A stretch of DNA of 64,000 nt, from NCBI GenBank assembly GCA_965367815.1, contig CBDUKN010000012.1, positions 1 through 64,000 on the forward strand, in the 5' to 3' direction. Below, piece after piece: positions 49,805-59,468 of the stretch. The notes beneath the pieces are model-generated. The model did no database searches, had not been told where the DNA came from, and saw only the letters and a list, made by a program, of their open reading frames with translations. Within the stretch, counting starts at the first letter, position 1; each line of letters starts with the position of its first letter. Origin of the DNA: an uncultured Thermoprotei archaeon. GTDB taxonomy: Archaea; Thermoproteota; Thermoprotei; Thermofilales; B15-G2. Both the position numbers and the translations under genes were made by a program.

Positions 49805-50602
49805 TTATTCAATTAATCTATATTTCTTGAGAATATCAAGAACTCCTTTTCCACAGGAAAAGGGGGATACATAACCCCCTCTCCTTAAGACCACTTCTTT
49901 TACTTCCTCTACTGCATTTGAAACTGTTGCTGGAATAAAGCCGTACTTGCTGTCAAGCATATCTAAGTCGTGTACACAGTCACCTACGCAGAGCACTTCA
50001 TTGTAGTCTATACGCCAGTAGTCTGCTAGTTCTCTAAGAGTCTCTCCTTTGCCTGCAGAAGACAGTATTACTTGAAGTAATGCCCATACTCTACTACATT
50101 TTAGTTTCAAGCACTTTTCTCTTATTTTTTCATTCAAATACTTTTCTGCCCATCTAGCTTCTTCTGAGCTCTCGAATTTTAATCCAGCTAAGTGTCTTTC
50201 GCATGCAATTTCCTCGCTAACCCATATTTTTACATTAAATCCCCTTTCTTTAAGCTCTTTTTCAGTTTCTTCAAGGAGCTTCATTATTGAAGGTAGCAGG
50301 CGTTTCCATTCTCTTTCGATTTTAAGGTAGTGTTCAAGGTAAGGTCTGTAGCCTTTCTCTACAAGAAAATATATCTCCTGCTCATTAGCTATTAAAGCAT
50401 GAGGAACTCCAGCGCAAGCTCCTAGCTTATTAGCATTCAAGTACTTTACTTGATCAGGAAGAGGTCTGCCTGAGGCTGTGGTTACCTTTACTCCCTTCTT
50501 AGAGAGCTTTATGAGAGCTTCTCTAAGCTCCGGTAATATTGTCTTGTCCCACTCTAACATAGTGCCGTCTAAATCTAGTGCAACTAGTTTAATTTTCGTC
50601 AT
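49805..50602 (-). CDS. HAD-IIB (Cof-like) phosphatase
   Basis: DLDGT, SGR, K, GDCVHDLDML. Confidence 0.9.
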   Translation of the reverse strand: MTKIKLVALDLDGTMLEWDKTILPELREALIKLSKKGVKVTTASGRPLPDQVKYLNANKLGACAGVPHALIANEQEIYFLVEKGYRPYLEHYLKIEREWKRLLPSIMKLLEETEKELKERGFNVKIWVSEEIACERHLAGLKFESSEEARWAEKYLNEKIREKCLKLKCSRVWALLQVILSSAGKGETLRELADYWRIDYNEVLCVGDCVHDLDMLDSKYGFIPATVSNAVEEVKEVVLRRGGYVSPFSCGKGVLDILKKYRLIE

Positions 50603-51644
50603 AGTAGTCTTCTCTATCCTCTATCTTCATTTTAAAAATACTTTTTCCTTCACACTTATAAGGTACTTCAAGAATATCTGCTATAGTTGGAATAACGTCT
50701 ATGATTTCTGCTTCCCTCACTATTTTTCCTCGATACTCTTCGGGCAGCGCGCCTCCTGATATAATAAATGTTATTCTTCTAGTTCCACCGCTGTACTTAT
50801 CTGTAGGCTTATCCTCCTCGAAATCCCATACACAGCAGTCAAATGGTGCGTCGTGTCCACAGCACCAGTTAACACTTCTAGCTCCCTGTTTTCGAGCAAT
50901 ACTACAGCCTAAGTGATAGCCGTGGTCTGAAGCCACTACAATATATGTCTGATTCCACATTTTCCTAGACTTTAAGTAACCTATTATTTCCCCTAATATA
51001 TAGTCTAGAAGCATCATGTAAGAGTGCTTTGACGTAAATGGGTTAATGCCATGTCCTCTGACATAAGAGGGACAGCCATTAATTACATCGAATGTAGGGA
51101 AATATATTAGCATCAAATTGAAGTCGGGATTAAAGTCCATGTAGGGCTTAATGAAGTTTCTCCATAATAAGAGATCAGACCACTCGACTGTATTATGTAT
51201 CGATATTTTGGTACAGTGAGGAGAAACAATAGTGTCAGGTACATAAAAGTAGCCTCTTTCATACCATCCACCAAAAGTAGCGCACTTAAGCTCACCCTTA
51301 TAGTACTCTTTAGCATACTCGAAGAACCCTGTTTTCTCTTCATTGCTATAGCCTTCAGGATTTCTCCAGTATTCTTCATCGTAGAGAGGTCTAGTGTAGC
51401 TTCCTGTAGCTAAATACCTCATGCCTTGTCTAGTCCAGCATACTCCTCTATTCCATGGCCTCACTACCCATAGGCCGTTGTCTATTAGTTCTGCAAAATG
51501 AGGTATTAGTCCTCTCTCATAGTAGCCTTTAATATTTACTGGAGGTATTCTCTTTTCCTCGTCAACATATACTCCTTCAGCCCAGTGTCCTGGAAGCTGG
51601 TCTATAACCAGGAGTATTACTTTTACCTTAATTTTATTCGACAT
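50589..51644 (-). CDS. Alkaline phosphatase/phosphodiesterase superfamily protein
   Basis: LLVIDQL, ATG, YFPTFD, SDHG, DVIPTI. Confidence 0.75.
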   Translation of the reverse strand: MSNKIKVKVILLVIDQLPGHWAEGVYVDEEKRIPPVNIKGYYERGLIPHFAELIDNGLWVVRPWNRGVCWTRQGMRYLATGSYTRPLYDEEYWRNPEGYSNEEKTGFFEYAKEYYKGELKCATFGGWYERGYFYVPDTIVSPHCTKISIHNTVEWSDLLLWRNFIKPYMDFNPDFNLMLIYFPTFDVINGCPSYVRGHGINPFTSKHSYMMLLDYILGEIIGYLKSRKMWNQTYIVVASDHGYHLGCSIARKQGARSVNWCCGHDAPFDCCVWDFEEDKPTDKYSGGTRRITFIISGGALPEEYRGKIVREAEIIDVIPTIADILEVPYKCEGKSIFKMKIEDREDYYDEN

Positions 51645-51655
51645 TATATCGCCGC

Positions 51656-52978
51656 TTAAACACGTTTACCTATAATCATTACTTTCCCGTCCTGCCTAGG
51701 GAAAACATATTCTGGCCGGCCGTCACCGTCCATATCTGTTACTCTTGAACGTACTTCACCGTTGTAAAAGAAGTCTTTACGCATAGTATCTGTGAAGTAT
51801 ATTTCTCTTACTTGTAGCTCATATGGATTTACTACGAATATCTTCAGTCTATGTTTAACGTCTATTCGCGGCGCTCCTCTTCGGCGAACCATTTGTTCTC
51901 CGAAAACGAACTCATATTTCCCTGAGTTAGCCCAGTCAACTGCGTGAACTCTAGTAGGAACAACTTTGTATTTTGGATAAAGTCCCCAGTCTATTACGGT
52001 GTGTCTATGTGCTCCCAGCACCCATAGAGTCTCACCGTTTGGTCCAAGTAGCCTACTCTTACCGCGGTAGCCCCACAGCTCTGTTATGTAAATAAGGCGG
52101 CCGGGTCCTTCTGGGTTAGGTATGTGAGCTATCCACTGGCCGTGGTCAAATAAATGTGATACATCCCATACTATTTTGCCGCCCGGATACTCCATGAGAA
52201 AGCCTTTTTCAACGAGTACTTCTGGCTTGCCGTCTCCCTGGAAGTCGTCTAGCGCGACATCGTCGAAGTGAGTGTCGTCTATAAGGTCTCTTACTCTTTT
52301 CTTGAAAACTATTTTTCCTTCAGAATTTACTATAAGTAGCTCTCCTTCAACTTTAGGTGACGCGTACCTAATATGGTCTACTGTAACGAATGCTACGAGC
52401 TCGCTTTCTTCACCAGGCAACTTAAGGAAATAAAATTCGTGGCCAAAGTCTTTTCTAAGCCCCTTAATGCTCCACAGGAGCTCAAAGTCTTCATTGAAAG
52501 CGAGTAGCGCTCCACCAGCTACAGCTACGCATATACCGTAAGAATCAGCAGTGCGCTTAAAGGCTCCTACCATAGGGACGGCTACACCGTAGTCATCTGT
52601 AGTCTCTACGTGTATCTCTTTCTGCCTAACTACTTCACCGTTCTTGTCTAAAGCCATTACTCTAGCGTCTCCCGGCACACCTTCGGGTAGAAGTAGCTCC
52701 TCTTTGCCATCGCCGTCTATGTCAGCGAAATCGAATATAGTTGTTCCCCAGCAACCCGTGCTCTTCAGTCTTTTTTCAAATAAAAGCTTCCCACTGATAT
52801 CAAATACTTTAAGCAAATCTCCTGCAGTAGAAAGAACAGCTATTTCCTTACGGCCGTCGCCATTAATATCGCCTACTTCAATCGAGTAGTTAGGATATAG
52901 TCCTAAGTCTATTAGTGCTTTACAGCAATATTCTTTAGCTTCATCTACAATAATTTCATTTAAACTGCTCGAAGCCAC
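51656..52978 (-). CDS. FG-GAP/VCBS-repeat beta-propeller protein
   Basis: Four DxxGDGxxE repeats (DINGDGRKE, DIDGDGKEE, DFQGDGKPE, DMDGDGRPE). Confidence 0.8.
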   Translation of the reverse strand: MASSSLNEIIVDEAKEYCCKALIDLGLYPNYSIEVGDINGDGRKEIAVLSTAGDLLKVFDISGKLLFEKRLKSTGCWGTTIFDFADIDGDGKEELLLPEGVPGDARVMALDKNGEVVRQKEIHVETTDDYGVAVPMVGAFKRTADSYGICVAVAGGALLAFNEDFELLWSIKGLRKDFGHEFYFLKLPGEESELVAFVTVDHIRYASPKVEGELLIVNSEGKIVFKKRVRDLIDDTHFDDVALDDFQGDGKPEVLVEKGFLMEYPGGKIVWDVSHLFDHGQWIAHIPNPEGPGRLIYITELWGYRGKSRLLGPNGETLWVLGAHRHTVIDWGLYPKYKVVPTRVHAVDWANSGKYEFVFGEQMVRRRGAPRIDVKHRLKIFVVNPYELQVREIYFTDTMRKDFFYNGEVRSRVTDMDGDGRPEYVFPRQDGKVMIIGKRV

Positions 52979-53058
52979 ATTAAACTAAACTCAGCTAAAT
53001 ATAATACACTATTTACTCGACTACCCTAACACTTAATTTAAAATTCAGCGCATAGTAA

Positions 53059-53400
53059 ATGATAGCAATGTCTGTTATACACTGGGAAACAGCTAAAACT
53101 AAACAAAGAAAAGGAGATCCTGAAGGCTTAGTTAAAATCTATGTAAGTAGAGAAATTGGAGCAAAGAAGCTCAAAATGCATTTATCTGTAGTAGGGCCTG
53201 GTCAGAAGCCTCACGAACCCCATCGGCACGATGGCGAAGAAATATTTTTTATACTTGAAGGAGAAGGCAGAGCATTAATAGAAGATAGAGAATACGATGT
53301 AAAGCCTTTTACAGCAGTTTTTATACCGCCGAATAAGCTCCATGGAATAAGAAATACTGGAGATAGACCCTTAAAATATTTGGTTATCATAGCCAAATAA
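53059..53400 (+). CDS. Cupin domain protein
   Basis: HRHDGEEIFFILEG; PPNKLHGIRN. Confidence 0.9.
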   Translation: MIAMSVIHWETAKTKQRKGDPEGLVKIYVSREIGAKKLKMHLSVVGPGQKPHEPHRHDGEEIFFILEGEGRALIEDREYDVKPFTAVFIPPNKLHGIRNTGDRPLKYLVIIAK

Positions 53401-53457
53401 TTACAGTTTTCTGTAAAATAGTATTTTTTATATTTTTACAATATTACAGTATACAGT
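53401..53457 (+). promoter_or_regulatory. Inverted repeat and TACA boxes upstream of ArsR-like regulator
   Basis: TTACAG-TTTT-CTGTAA at 53401-53416, then TTACAA, TTACAG and ATACAG after the TATA box. Confidence 0.5.
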
Positions 53458-54006
53458 ATGAGTGTAGAAGAAAGACTACGTAAGCTAGAAGAAAGAGTAT
53501 CTGAAATAGAGCAGCTTATAAATAAGATAATCGAAGGGGTGCCTAAAAAAGCAACAAAAGAGCCACCTTATAAGGAGATAAGAGAGCTTCTGTTAAAGAA
53601 GTATGGAAAAATCTATGAAAAAGAATTCATTTGCCTAGTTTGCTATACCGACAAATTTGGCTGGGATTTAATACTTTCCCCTAAAGACGCTCTCAAAGTA
53701 GACACTAGAAGAGTATCTTCCGTATCTGAAGTATTAGCTAACGAGTATAGAGTAAAGATTCTCAGAGCACTTTACGAGAAATCTAGAACTTCGAAAGAAC
53801 TAAGCGATATTACAGGACTTGAGGGAGGTCAGCTTTACCACCATCTAAGAATACTTACTCAAAATAGATTTGTTGTAATGGGAAAAAGGGGAGAATACAG
53901 TATTACAGTTAAAGGAGCAGTTGCTCTCATGATTTTATCAGCTTTAGCTGAAGTACTAGTGCCTCCTCCTGAGAAAGAGCTAGAAAAGCCTTTAGACAAA
54001 GTGTAG
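53458..54006 (+). CDS. ArsR-type winged-helix regulator
   Basis: RVKILRAL...ELS..TGLEGGQLYHHLRIL. Confidence 0.85.
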   Translation: MSVEERLRKLEERVSEIEQLINKIIEGVPKKATKEPPYKEIRELLLKKYGKIYEKEFICLVCYTDKFGWDLILSPKDALKVDTRRVSSVSEVLANEYRVKILRALYEKSRTSKELSDITGLEGGQLYHHLRILTQNRFVVMGKRGEYSITVKGAVALMILSALAEVLVPPPEKELEKPLDKV

Positions 54007-54037
54007 ATTTCATTGGAAAATGTTCTCGAGCAATAAG

Positions 54038-54454
54038 TTATTTGTCTTCTTTTTCCGTAGAGAGAAGTATTGGCCTAACTACCTCTATTCCCTTCAGGTT
54101 AAGTAGTTCTCCTATGAGCTCAGTTATTTTCTCTACTTCTCCTCTAACAGCTATAGCTAACATACATCTTTCTTCGTCTAAGTGTACGTGAAGAGTACTA
54201 GCAACTATATCGAGATGTCTATGCTGTACTTCTGTTATTTCATGGTCTATATCTTTAACGTGATGCTGATAAACTACACCAATTATCCCGACTGCTCTTC
54301 CTTTTAGCCTCCACTTGTTTTCAGAAATAAATAGTTTGAGCGCTTCTTGAATAAGCTTAGACTTACTTTTAATATTTAGAATTTTCATGAGATTTTCTGC
54401 TTCTTGTAGAAGATCTGCTGGAATGTACACTCCCGCTTTTGTTCTAGACCCCAT
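54038..54454 (-). CDS. nikR: NikR-like nickel-responsive regulator
   Basis: RHH N-terminus; QH...LHVHLDEERC. Confidence 0.85.
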   Translation of the reverse strand: MGSRTKAGVYIPADLLQEAENLMKILNIKSKSKLIQEALKLFISENKWRLKGRAVGIIGVVYQHHVKDIDHEITEVQHRHLDIVASTLHVHLDEERCMLAIAVRGEVEKITELIGELLNLKGIEVVRPILLSTEKEDK

Positions 54455-54782
54455 ACGGTTTAATTAACTAGTATTAGCTATAAATACTTCTCACACTTAT
54501 TTCCAGTATCCTTACGCGATTTTATGTATACCGAATACTTTCAAATACATTTATTCTTCTGTAGACTATGTAGAATTGTCCGCTGAGATTATCCATGTAG
54601 CCGTACACTCTTCTTCTAAAGTATATTTTCTTGAAAGCTATCTTCAGGGATATTTTCTAGCAATAGAAGCTTTATTCCAAGTCCTTTTCAGCTACTCTAT
54701 TTCTGCCAAAATACTTACTATAGCAGCCAAGATTTTAAACTATCTGCATTATATAAATAGAAGTAAGACACTTTAATAGATA

Positions 54783-55223
54783 TTATTTTAAGTTAGATAA
54801 ATATTGCTTTAATTGAGTATAAGTCATTACATTAACATATTTTTCTGCTTTTTTAACGAGCTCTTTGTCCTCAGTTACAAGTACTGCATTTAGTTTCTCT
54901 GACGCTACTATATACGATGAATCATAGAAAGTAATGTTTTCGTTAGCAGCAAGCTCAATAATTCTAAGTAAATTTAATTCATTAAAGTAAATAGGCTCAA
55001 TGAGCTTTCTTCTCGTGAGATCTTTTAAAACCTCTGTAATCTCTACAGCGTCCTCTAAGCTTATTATTTTCAGTAGAGTCGACATTTTCCATAAACTATT
55101 GCCGGTCTCATAGACTGTAAGGTCTAATATATGCAACGACACTTTAGCGGCTATGCTAAGTAGTTTTTCACCGTAATCAAGTAGTAAAGGCACTAAAACC
55201 GATGCATCAAGAAGGAATTTCAT
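54783..55223 (-). CDS. vapC: VapC-type PIN toxin
   Basis: LLDAS, YETGN, TFYDSSY, LVTED. Confidence 0.9.
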   Translation of the reverse strand: MKFLLDASVLVPLLLDYGEKLLSIAAKVSLHILDLTVYETGNSLWKMSTLLKIISLEDAVEITEVLKDLTRRKLIEPIYFNELNLLRIIELAANENITFYDSSYIVASEKLNAVLVTEDKELVKKAEKYVNVMTYTQLKQYLSNLK

Positions 55224-55450
55224 TTTCTAACCCTGTCTTCTCTCACAAGTTTAGCTACGATAGTAGGATCTATTTTTCCTGATAAATGTAATCTAAGTCT
55301 TCTTAATTTTTCTTCAAGTCTCTTTATTTCAATTTCTTCAACATATTCTTTTAGAAATTCTCTAACAACTTCACTGACATTGATGTCGAGTTCTTCAAGT
55401 TTCTCTTTAAGCTCCTTGGGAATCCTAACAGAAATTACTACACTAACCAA
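55220..55450 (-). CDS. RHH antitoxin (VapB/CcdA-like)
   Basis: VISVRIPKELKEKLEELDINVSEVVR; likely start TTG 55450 after a GGTG SD rather than 55564. Confidence 0.8.
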   Translation of the reverse strand: MVSVVISVRIPKELKEKLEELDINVSEVVREFLKEYVEEIEIKRLEEKLRRLRLHLSGKIDPTIVAKLVREDRVRK

Positions 55451-55582
55451 TCTTAGACACCGTATTACATTTTGTATTACAGTACTATAAATTTTTCTTG
55501 AAGAAATAACGACATTGATCTTAGAGATTCTGCTTATCAAACATAAAATTTTCTCGGATAACAAGTTGGAACTGAAAATCGT

Positions 55583-57586
55583 TTATTTGAGTTCTTGGAG
55601 CTCATAAAAATCTCTGCCGTCTCTCTTCTCTACGATGAGTCTGTATATTTTTCCTCTAAAGAATAGTTTCTTGAATACTATTCTTGAGATGTTTTCTGGC
55701 AATAGAGGCTTTACTTCGAGTCCTTTCTCCGTTATTCTGATTCCGGCGAAGCCATAAATTATGTTCATTAAGTATCCTGCTGTACTTGTCAAGAAGACTA
55801 TTCCTTTGTCGTGCATTAGGATCTCTCTTATTACTTCGAATGGCAGGAGGAAGAAAGGATCCCATTCTTTGAAAAGCTCTGAGGCTTCTTCGCGTTTGCC
55901 TAGTCTGCAGGCTACGACTACGTGTATTGAGGGACAAAAGCTGTGTCCTAGTTCCTTATCGGGCTTATCTATATAGTACTTGAAGTTGTTTTCGGCAACT
56001 TCTCTAGGCATAGGGTATTCTAGTGGAAAAATCATTTCGAGTACGTCTGGCTGCTTAATAGAGTGTCCGTCGTATCCATCGTACTCTAAAATGATTTTCT
56101 TTTCTTCATCGAAGGGAATATACATTTTTTCAGCTATTTCAATCCATTTCTCGGGATATTTTATTCCCAGTCTTTCACACACTTTGATAGCAGTCTTAAT
56201 GTTCCATTGCGCTATAGCATTTGTGAAAGCGCTATTGTCTACTACTGTTTTGCCCCATTTTTCGCAGACTGATTCATCAGGAGGCACTACTTTTAGTATT
56301 TCGTAGCAGTCTTTCTCAGCATTATATACAACTCTGCTGGCCCAGAATTTCGCAGTCTCAATTATAATTGGTGCAGCGCACTTTCTGAAGTATTTTTCGT
56401 CTCCTGTAGCCAAGTAGTAAAGCCACTGTGCCCACGCGACGTCTCCAACAATATGTATTTCGTCCGAGTAACCTCCTCTCGATACCTCTTTACCAGAGCT
56501 AGCTGTCTGCCAGCCGTACCACGCGCCATCGTATCCGTGTTTCCTAGCGTGTTCCTTAGCTGCCTCAAGTGTTCTACAGCGATACGCTACAATGCTTTTA
56601 GCTAGTTCAGGGTATAGTAGAATGAGCGCAGGGAACATGAAGAAGTCTGCGTCCCAGAATATGTGTCCTCCCCAGCCGTCGTTTGATAATCCCATAGGCG
56701 GTATGCTGTGGTCTTGTCCTTCACGAACGCTAGAAACTAAGTGATATACGCAGGCTCGTATTCTGCGCTGAATAATTGGGTCATCTACCTCTATATCTCT
56801 TTCCCATATTTTCTCCCATTCTTTGCAGTGATCATCGAACAACTTCTCGTAGCCTTTCGCCCCACATTCCTCTGCTTTCCTTAAAGCATTTTCAAGAGGC
56901 TTCTCTGAGTCAAGTGTTGTGTAAAAAACAGTATACTTGCGCACACAGTAGCTTTTATTCTCCTCGGCTTCAAAAACCAGCTTTAGTCGAGAAGATTTTT
57001 CCTCAACTACTTCTTTTACAGCAGATGGCTCAGGCTCGCAGACTACTTTAGATACTTCTGCAATTCTTATTTTAGATAGACTAGTTTCGACCTCTAGCCA
57101 AATAGTATTTTCTTCCGCTCCTCTTTCAATAACCCTTAGGTTTTCTAAACCAGAAGCATCTAGAAAAGTCTCTAGAACAGCCTGAATGTTTTGCCGCGGA
57201 GTAAAAACATACGATATCGCCGCCACATGGGGATCTGCCCTTGAAACAAAGAACTCTATATCAAAGTCTACGGACCCCTGAGGACTAAGCCAAGTATACT
57301 TAGTTAACAGGACCGCCTTCTTTAAGTCTAGTATTTGTTTATAGTTCTTTATTTTACTTAAATCAGAGAAAGGTTGATAATCTGAAGCAGAAAAAAGTAT
57401 TCCGCTCCACTTCGGTATTTCAACTATTCTCTCGTGTTCGCCGTCATATACGCCTGCAATAAAGCTTCTTGCCTTAAAATATGCTCCTGTACCATCTTTA
57501 CTAGTCTGTATTCCTAGATACCCGTTACCTAGGTAAGAAAAGTAGTATGGTTCAAGTACATTAGTTTTAAGTCTCCAAGTATCCAT
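55583..57586 (-). CDS. Glycoside hydrolase family 65 protein
   Basis: LGNGYLG, GHIFWDAD, EIHIVGD, PPDE, IKQPD, FLT; likely start ATG 57586 after GGGAG. Confidence 0.92.
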   Translation of the reverse strand: MDTWRLKTNVLEPYYFSYLGNGYLGIQTSKDGTGAYFKARSFIAGVYDGEHERIVEIPKWSGILFSASDYQPFSDLSKIKNYKQILDLKKAVLLTKYTWLSPQGSVDFDIEFFVSRADPHVAAISYVFTPRQNIQAVLETFLDASGLENLRVIERGAEENTIWLEVETSLSKIRIAEVSKVVCEPEPSAVKEVVEEKSSRLKLVFEAEENKSYCVRKYTVFYTTLDSEKPLENALRKAEECGAKGYEKLFDDHCKEWEKIWERDIEVDDPIIQRRIRACVYHLVSSVREGQDHSIPPMGLSNDGWGGHIFWDADFFMFPALILLYPELAKSIVAYRCRTLEAAKEHARKHGYDGAWYGWQTASSGKEVSRGGYSDEIHIVGDVAWAQWLYYLATGDEKYFRKCAAPIIIETAKFWASRVVYNAEKDCYEILKVVPPDESVCEKWGKTVVDNSAFTNAIAQWNIKTAIKVCERLGIKYPEKWIEIAEKMYIPFDEEKKIILEYDGYDGHSIKQPDVLEMIFPLEYPMPREVAENNFKYYIDKPDKELGHSFCPSIHVVVACRLGKREEASELFKEWDPFFLLPFEVIREILMHDKGIVFLTSTAGYLMNIIYGFAGIRITEKGLEVKPLLPENISRIVFKKLFFRGKIYRLIVEKRDGRDFYELQELK

Positions 57587-57630
57587 TAAGCTCCCTTTAA
57601 AAAGACACAGCAAAATTTAAATGAGTATAT

Positions 57631-58293
57631 TTAATGCTGAAACTCTAGCAGCTGAATTAGCTTATATGCATAAGATTTTTCGAACGAAATATATGCTTCA
57701 GCATATTTGACCCCAGCTTCCATTCCTCTGAAAACCATCATTTTTTCGTGAACAGGATACCATTTCTGAGGAAAACAGTTTTTATGCATATAGCATGCTC
57801 TTTTCTTGAGCTCGGCTACTTCTGTTACATCAACGTATATTTCTGGTACAAAGCACTTTGTTTGATGCCCCGTCATTACCTCATAGAAGAATAGAGCTGG
57901 CTGAGGACTAAAACTTCTAACAACATTTATCGTGATTATTCCTACTGCTCTGTGATCAGAGTGAGTATCTATGGGCCAGTGTGTGATAATGATATCGGGA
58001 GAAAGATCTCTTAACGTTTTCTTTACCTCAAATACAGCTTCTTTAGAGGCATATACTTCGGCGTCCTTGAAATTCAGGAAAACTATGTCAGCTCCCAGCA
58101 GCTTAAAGGCTTCTACTGCTTCCTTTTCATTTACTTTAGCGTTTTCTTCAATACTTTCCGCTCTGCCTGTAAGCTCTCCTCTCGTAAACGAAATAGCTGT
58201 TACTTTATATCCCCTTTTAGTAAGCAGAGCAATGAGCCCACCTGCTCCTGAATCGGGATCATCTGGATGTGCGCCTAAAACTAGTATATGCAT
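57631..58293 (-). CDS. PIG-L/LmbE-family deacetylase
   Basis: GAHPDD, TRGE, HSDH. Confidence 0.92.
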   Translation of the reverse strand: MHILVLGAHPDDPDSGAGGLIALLTKRGYKVTAISFTRGELTGRAESIEENAKVNEKEAVEAFKLLGADIVFLNFKDAEVYASKEAVFEVKKTLRDLSPDIIITHWPIDTHSDHRAVGIITINVVRSFSPQPALFFYEVMTGHQTKCFVPEIYVDVTEVAELKKRACYMHKNCFPQKWYPVHEKMMVFRGMEAGVKYAEAYISFEKSYAYKLIQLLEFQH

Positions 58294-58396
58294 ATTGCTA
58301 TAGTTGATTTAAGTTATTTAACACTATTTACATAGGTTTTATCTGCTAAGACATTTTTAGAGAAAAGTTTAACTATCTGTAAGGACTCTACTTCAA

Positions 58397-58579
58397 GTGT
58401 CTAAGGAACCTAAATTAGTCAAACTGATAGATTCCTTTGAAAAAGATTACATGCACTATGAAGCATACTTTCTGGCTGGAGGAAAAATAATGCTTATTGA
58501 CGAGAAAGGAGGTATAATATTTTTTGGAGACACTAAAGAATATCTCAAATACAAGAAGAAAATTCTCGATAAAAACTAG
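58397..58579 (+). CDS. Small hypothetical protein
   Basis: 60-aa ORF alone in an intergenic gap with a TATA-like box upstream and native codon style. Confidence 0.6.
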   Translation: MSKEPKLVKLIDSFEKDYMHYEAYFLAGGKIMLIDEKGGIIFFGDTKEYLKYKKKILDKN

Positions 58580-58647
58580 CTTAATATTATTTAAGGAAAC
58601 TAATTAGTGTTTTAAAGTCTAGCCGCGCTACTTAAAGCGGAAACTAT

Positions 58648-59460
58648 ATGAAGTCTTGTATAAATGGAGCTACTACTATGCCTTATAGTCTTGAAGAAGA
58701 TATTCGTGTAGCTAGCGAAGCTGGGTTCAAAGCTGTTGAAATATGGGTAAGTAAACTAGAAAAATTCTTATCTAAGAAAAGTAAAAGCGATTTAAAAAGG
58801 CTTTTAGAAGACTTGAATATAGGTGCTCCGTGTCTATGTGCCTTCGGAGGATATATTTTCTGCAGCGAAACCGAGTTCAAGAAAAAAGTAAGTGAGCTAA
58901 AGCCTTTCCTCGAAGTAGGAAACTACATTGGCTCTGAGTACATCGTAGTTTGTGCTGAAGGACTAGGAGGTAGAAGTTTCGAGGAAGCCTTAAAACAGTA
59001 TGTTTCTCGCTTAAGGAGATTGGGGGACTTTACAGGCGAATATGGCATTAAAGTGGCTTTAGAGTGGTTCGAGGAGCTGCCTCCAGCGATAGAGATAGTG
59101 AAAACTGTAAATCATGAGAATGTAGGGTTCTTGATAGATACTTTTCACTGGTACCGTGGTGATGGGTCTTTAGATCACTTGAGAGAAGTTCCCGGAGATA
59201 AGCTGTTTTTTGTGCACATAAATGACTGCGAAGACTTGCCTCGAGACAAATTAGCTGACAAGCATAGGCTCTTCTGCGGTGAAGGAGTAATACCTTTAGT
59301 CGACGTACTGAAAATCTTCCGTGAGAAAGGTTACGAAGGGTACTTGTCTGTAGAGATTTTTAGGGAAGAGTACTGGAAAATGAATGTCTTAGAAATAGCG
59401 AAGAAAGCGTACAGTAGTTTAGTTAAAGTGGCTTCTTCTGCTGGAGTATCTCTCGATTAG
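58648..59460 (+). CDS. Sugar-phosphate isomerase/epimerase (IolI/IolE-like TIM barrel)
   Basis: ALEW, DTFH, VHIND, R...GEG, SVEIF. Confidence 0.88.
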   Translation: MKSCINGATTMPYSLEEDIRVASEAGFKAVEIWVSKLEKFLSKKSKSDLKRLLEDLNIGAPCLCAFGGYIFCSETEFKKKVSELKPFLEVGNYIGSEYIVVCAEGLGGRSFEEALKQYVSRLRRLGDFTGEYGIKVALEWFEELPPAIEIVKTVNHENVGFLIDTFHWYRGDGSLDHLREVPGDKLFFVHINDCEDLPRDKLADKHRLFCGEGVIPLVDVLKIFREKGYEGYLSVEIFREEYWKMNVLEIAKKAYSSLVKVASSAGVSLD

Positions 59461-59468
59461 GTGGTTTA

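Noticed and set aside
54480-54780. Possible gene relic or 66-aa ORF between nikR and vapC
   Set aside because: The frames I read gave no recognisable protein.
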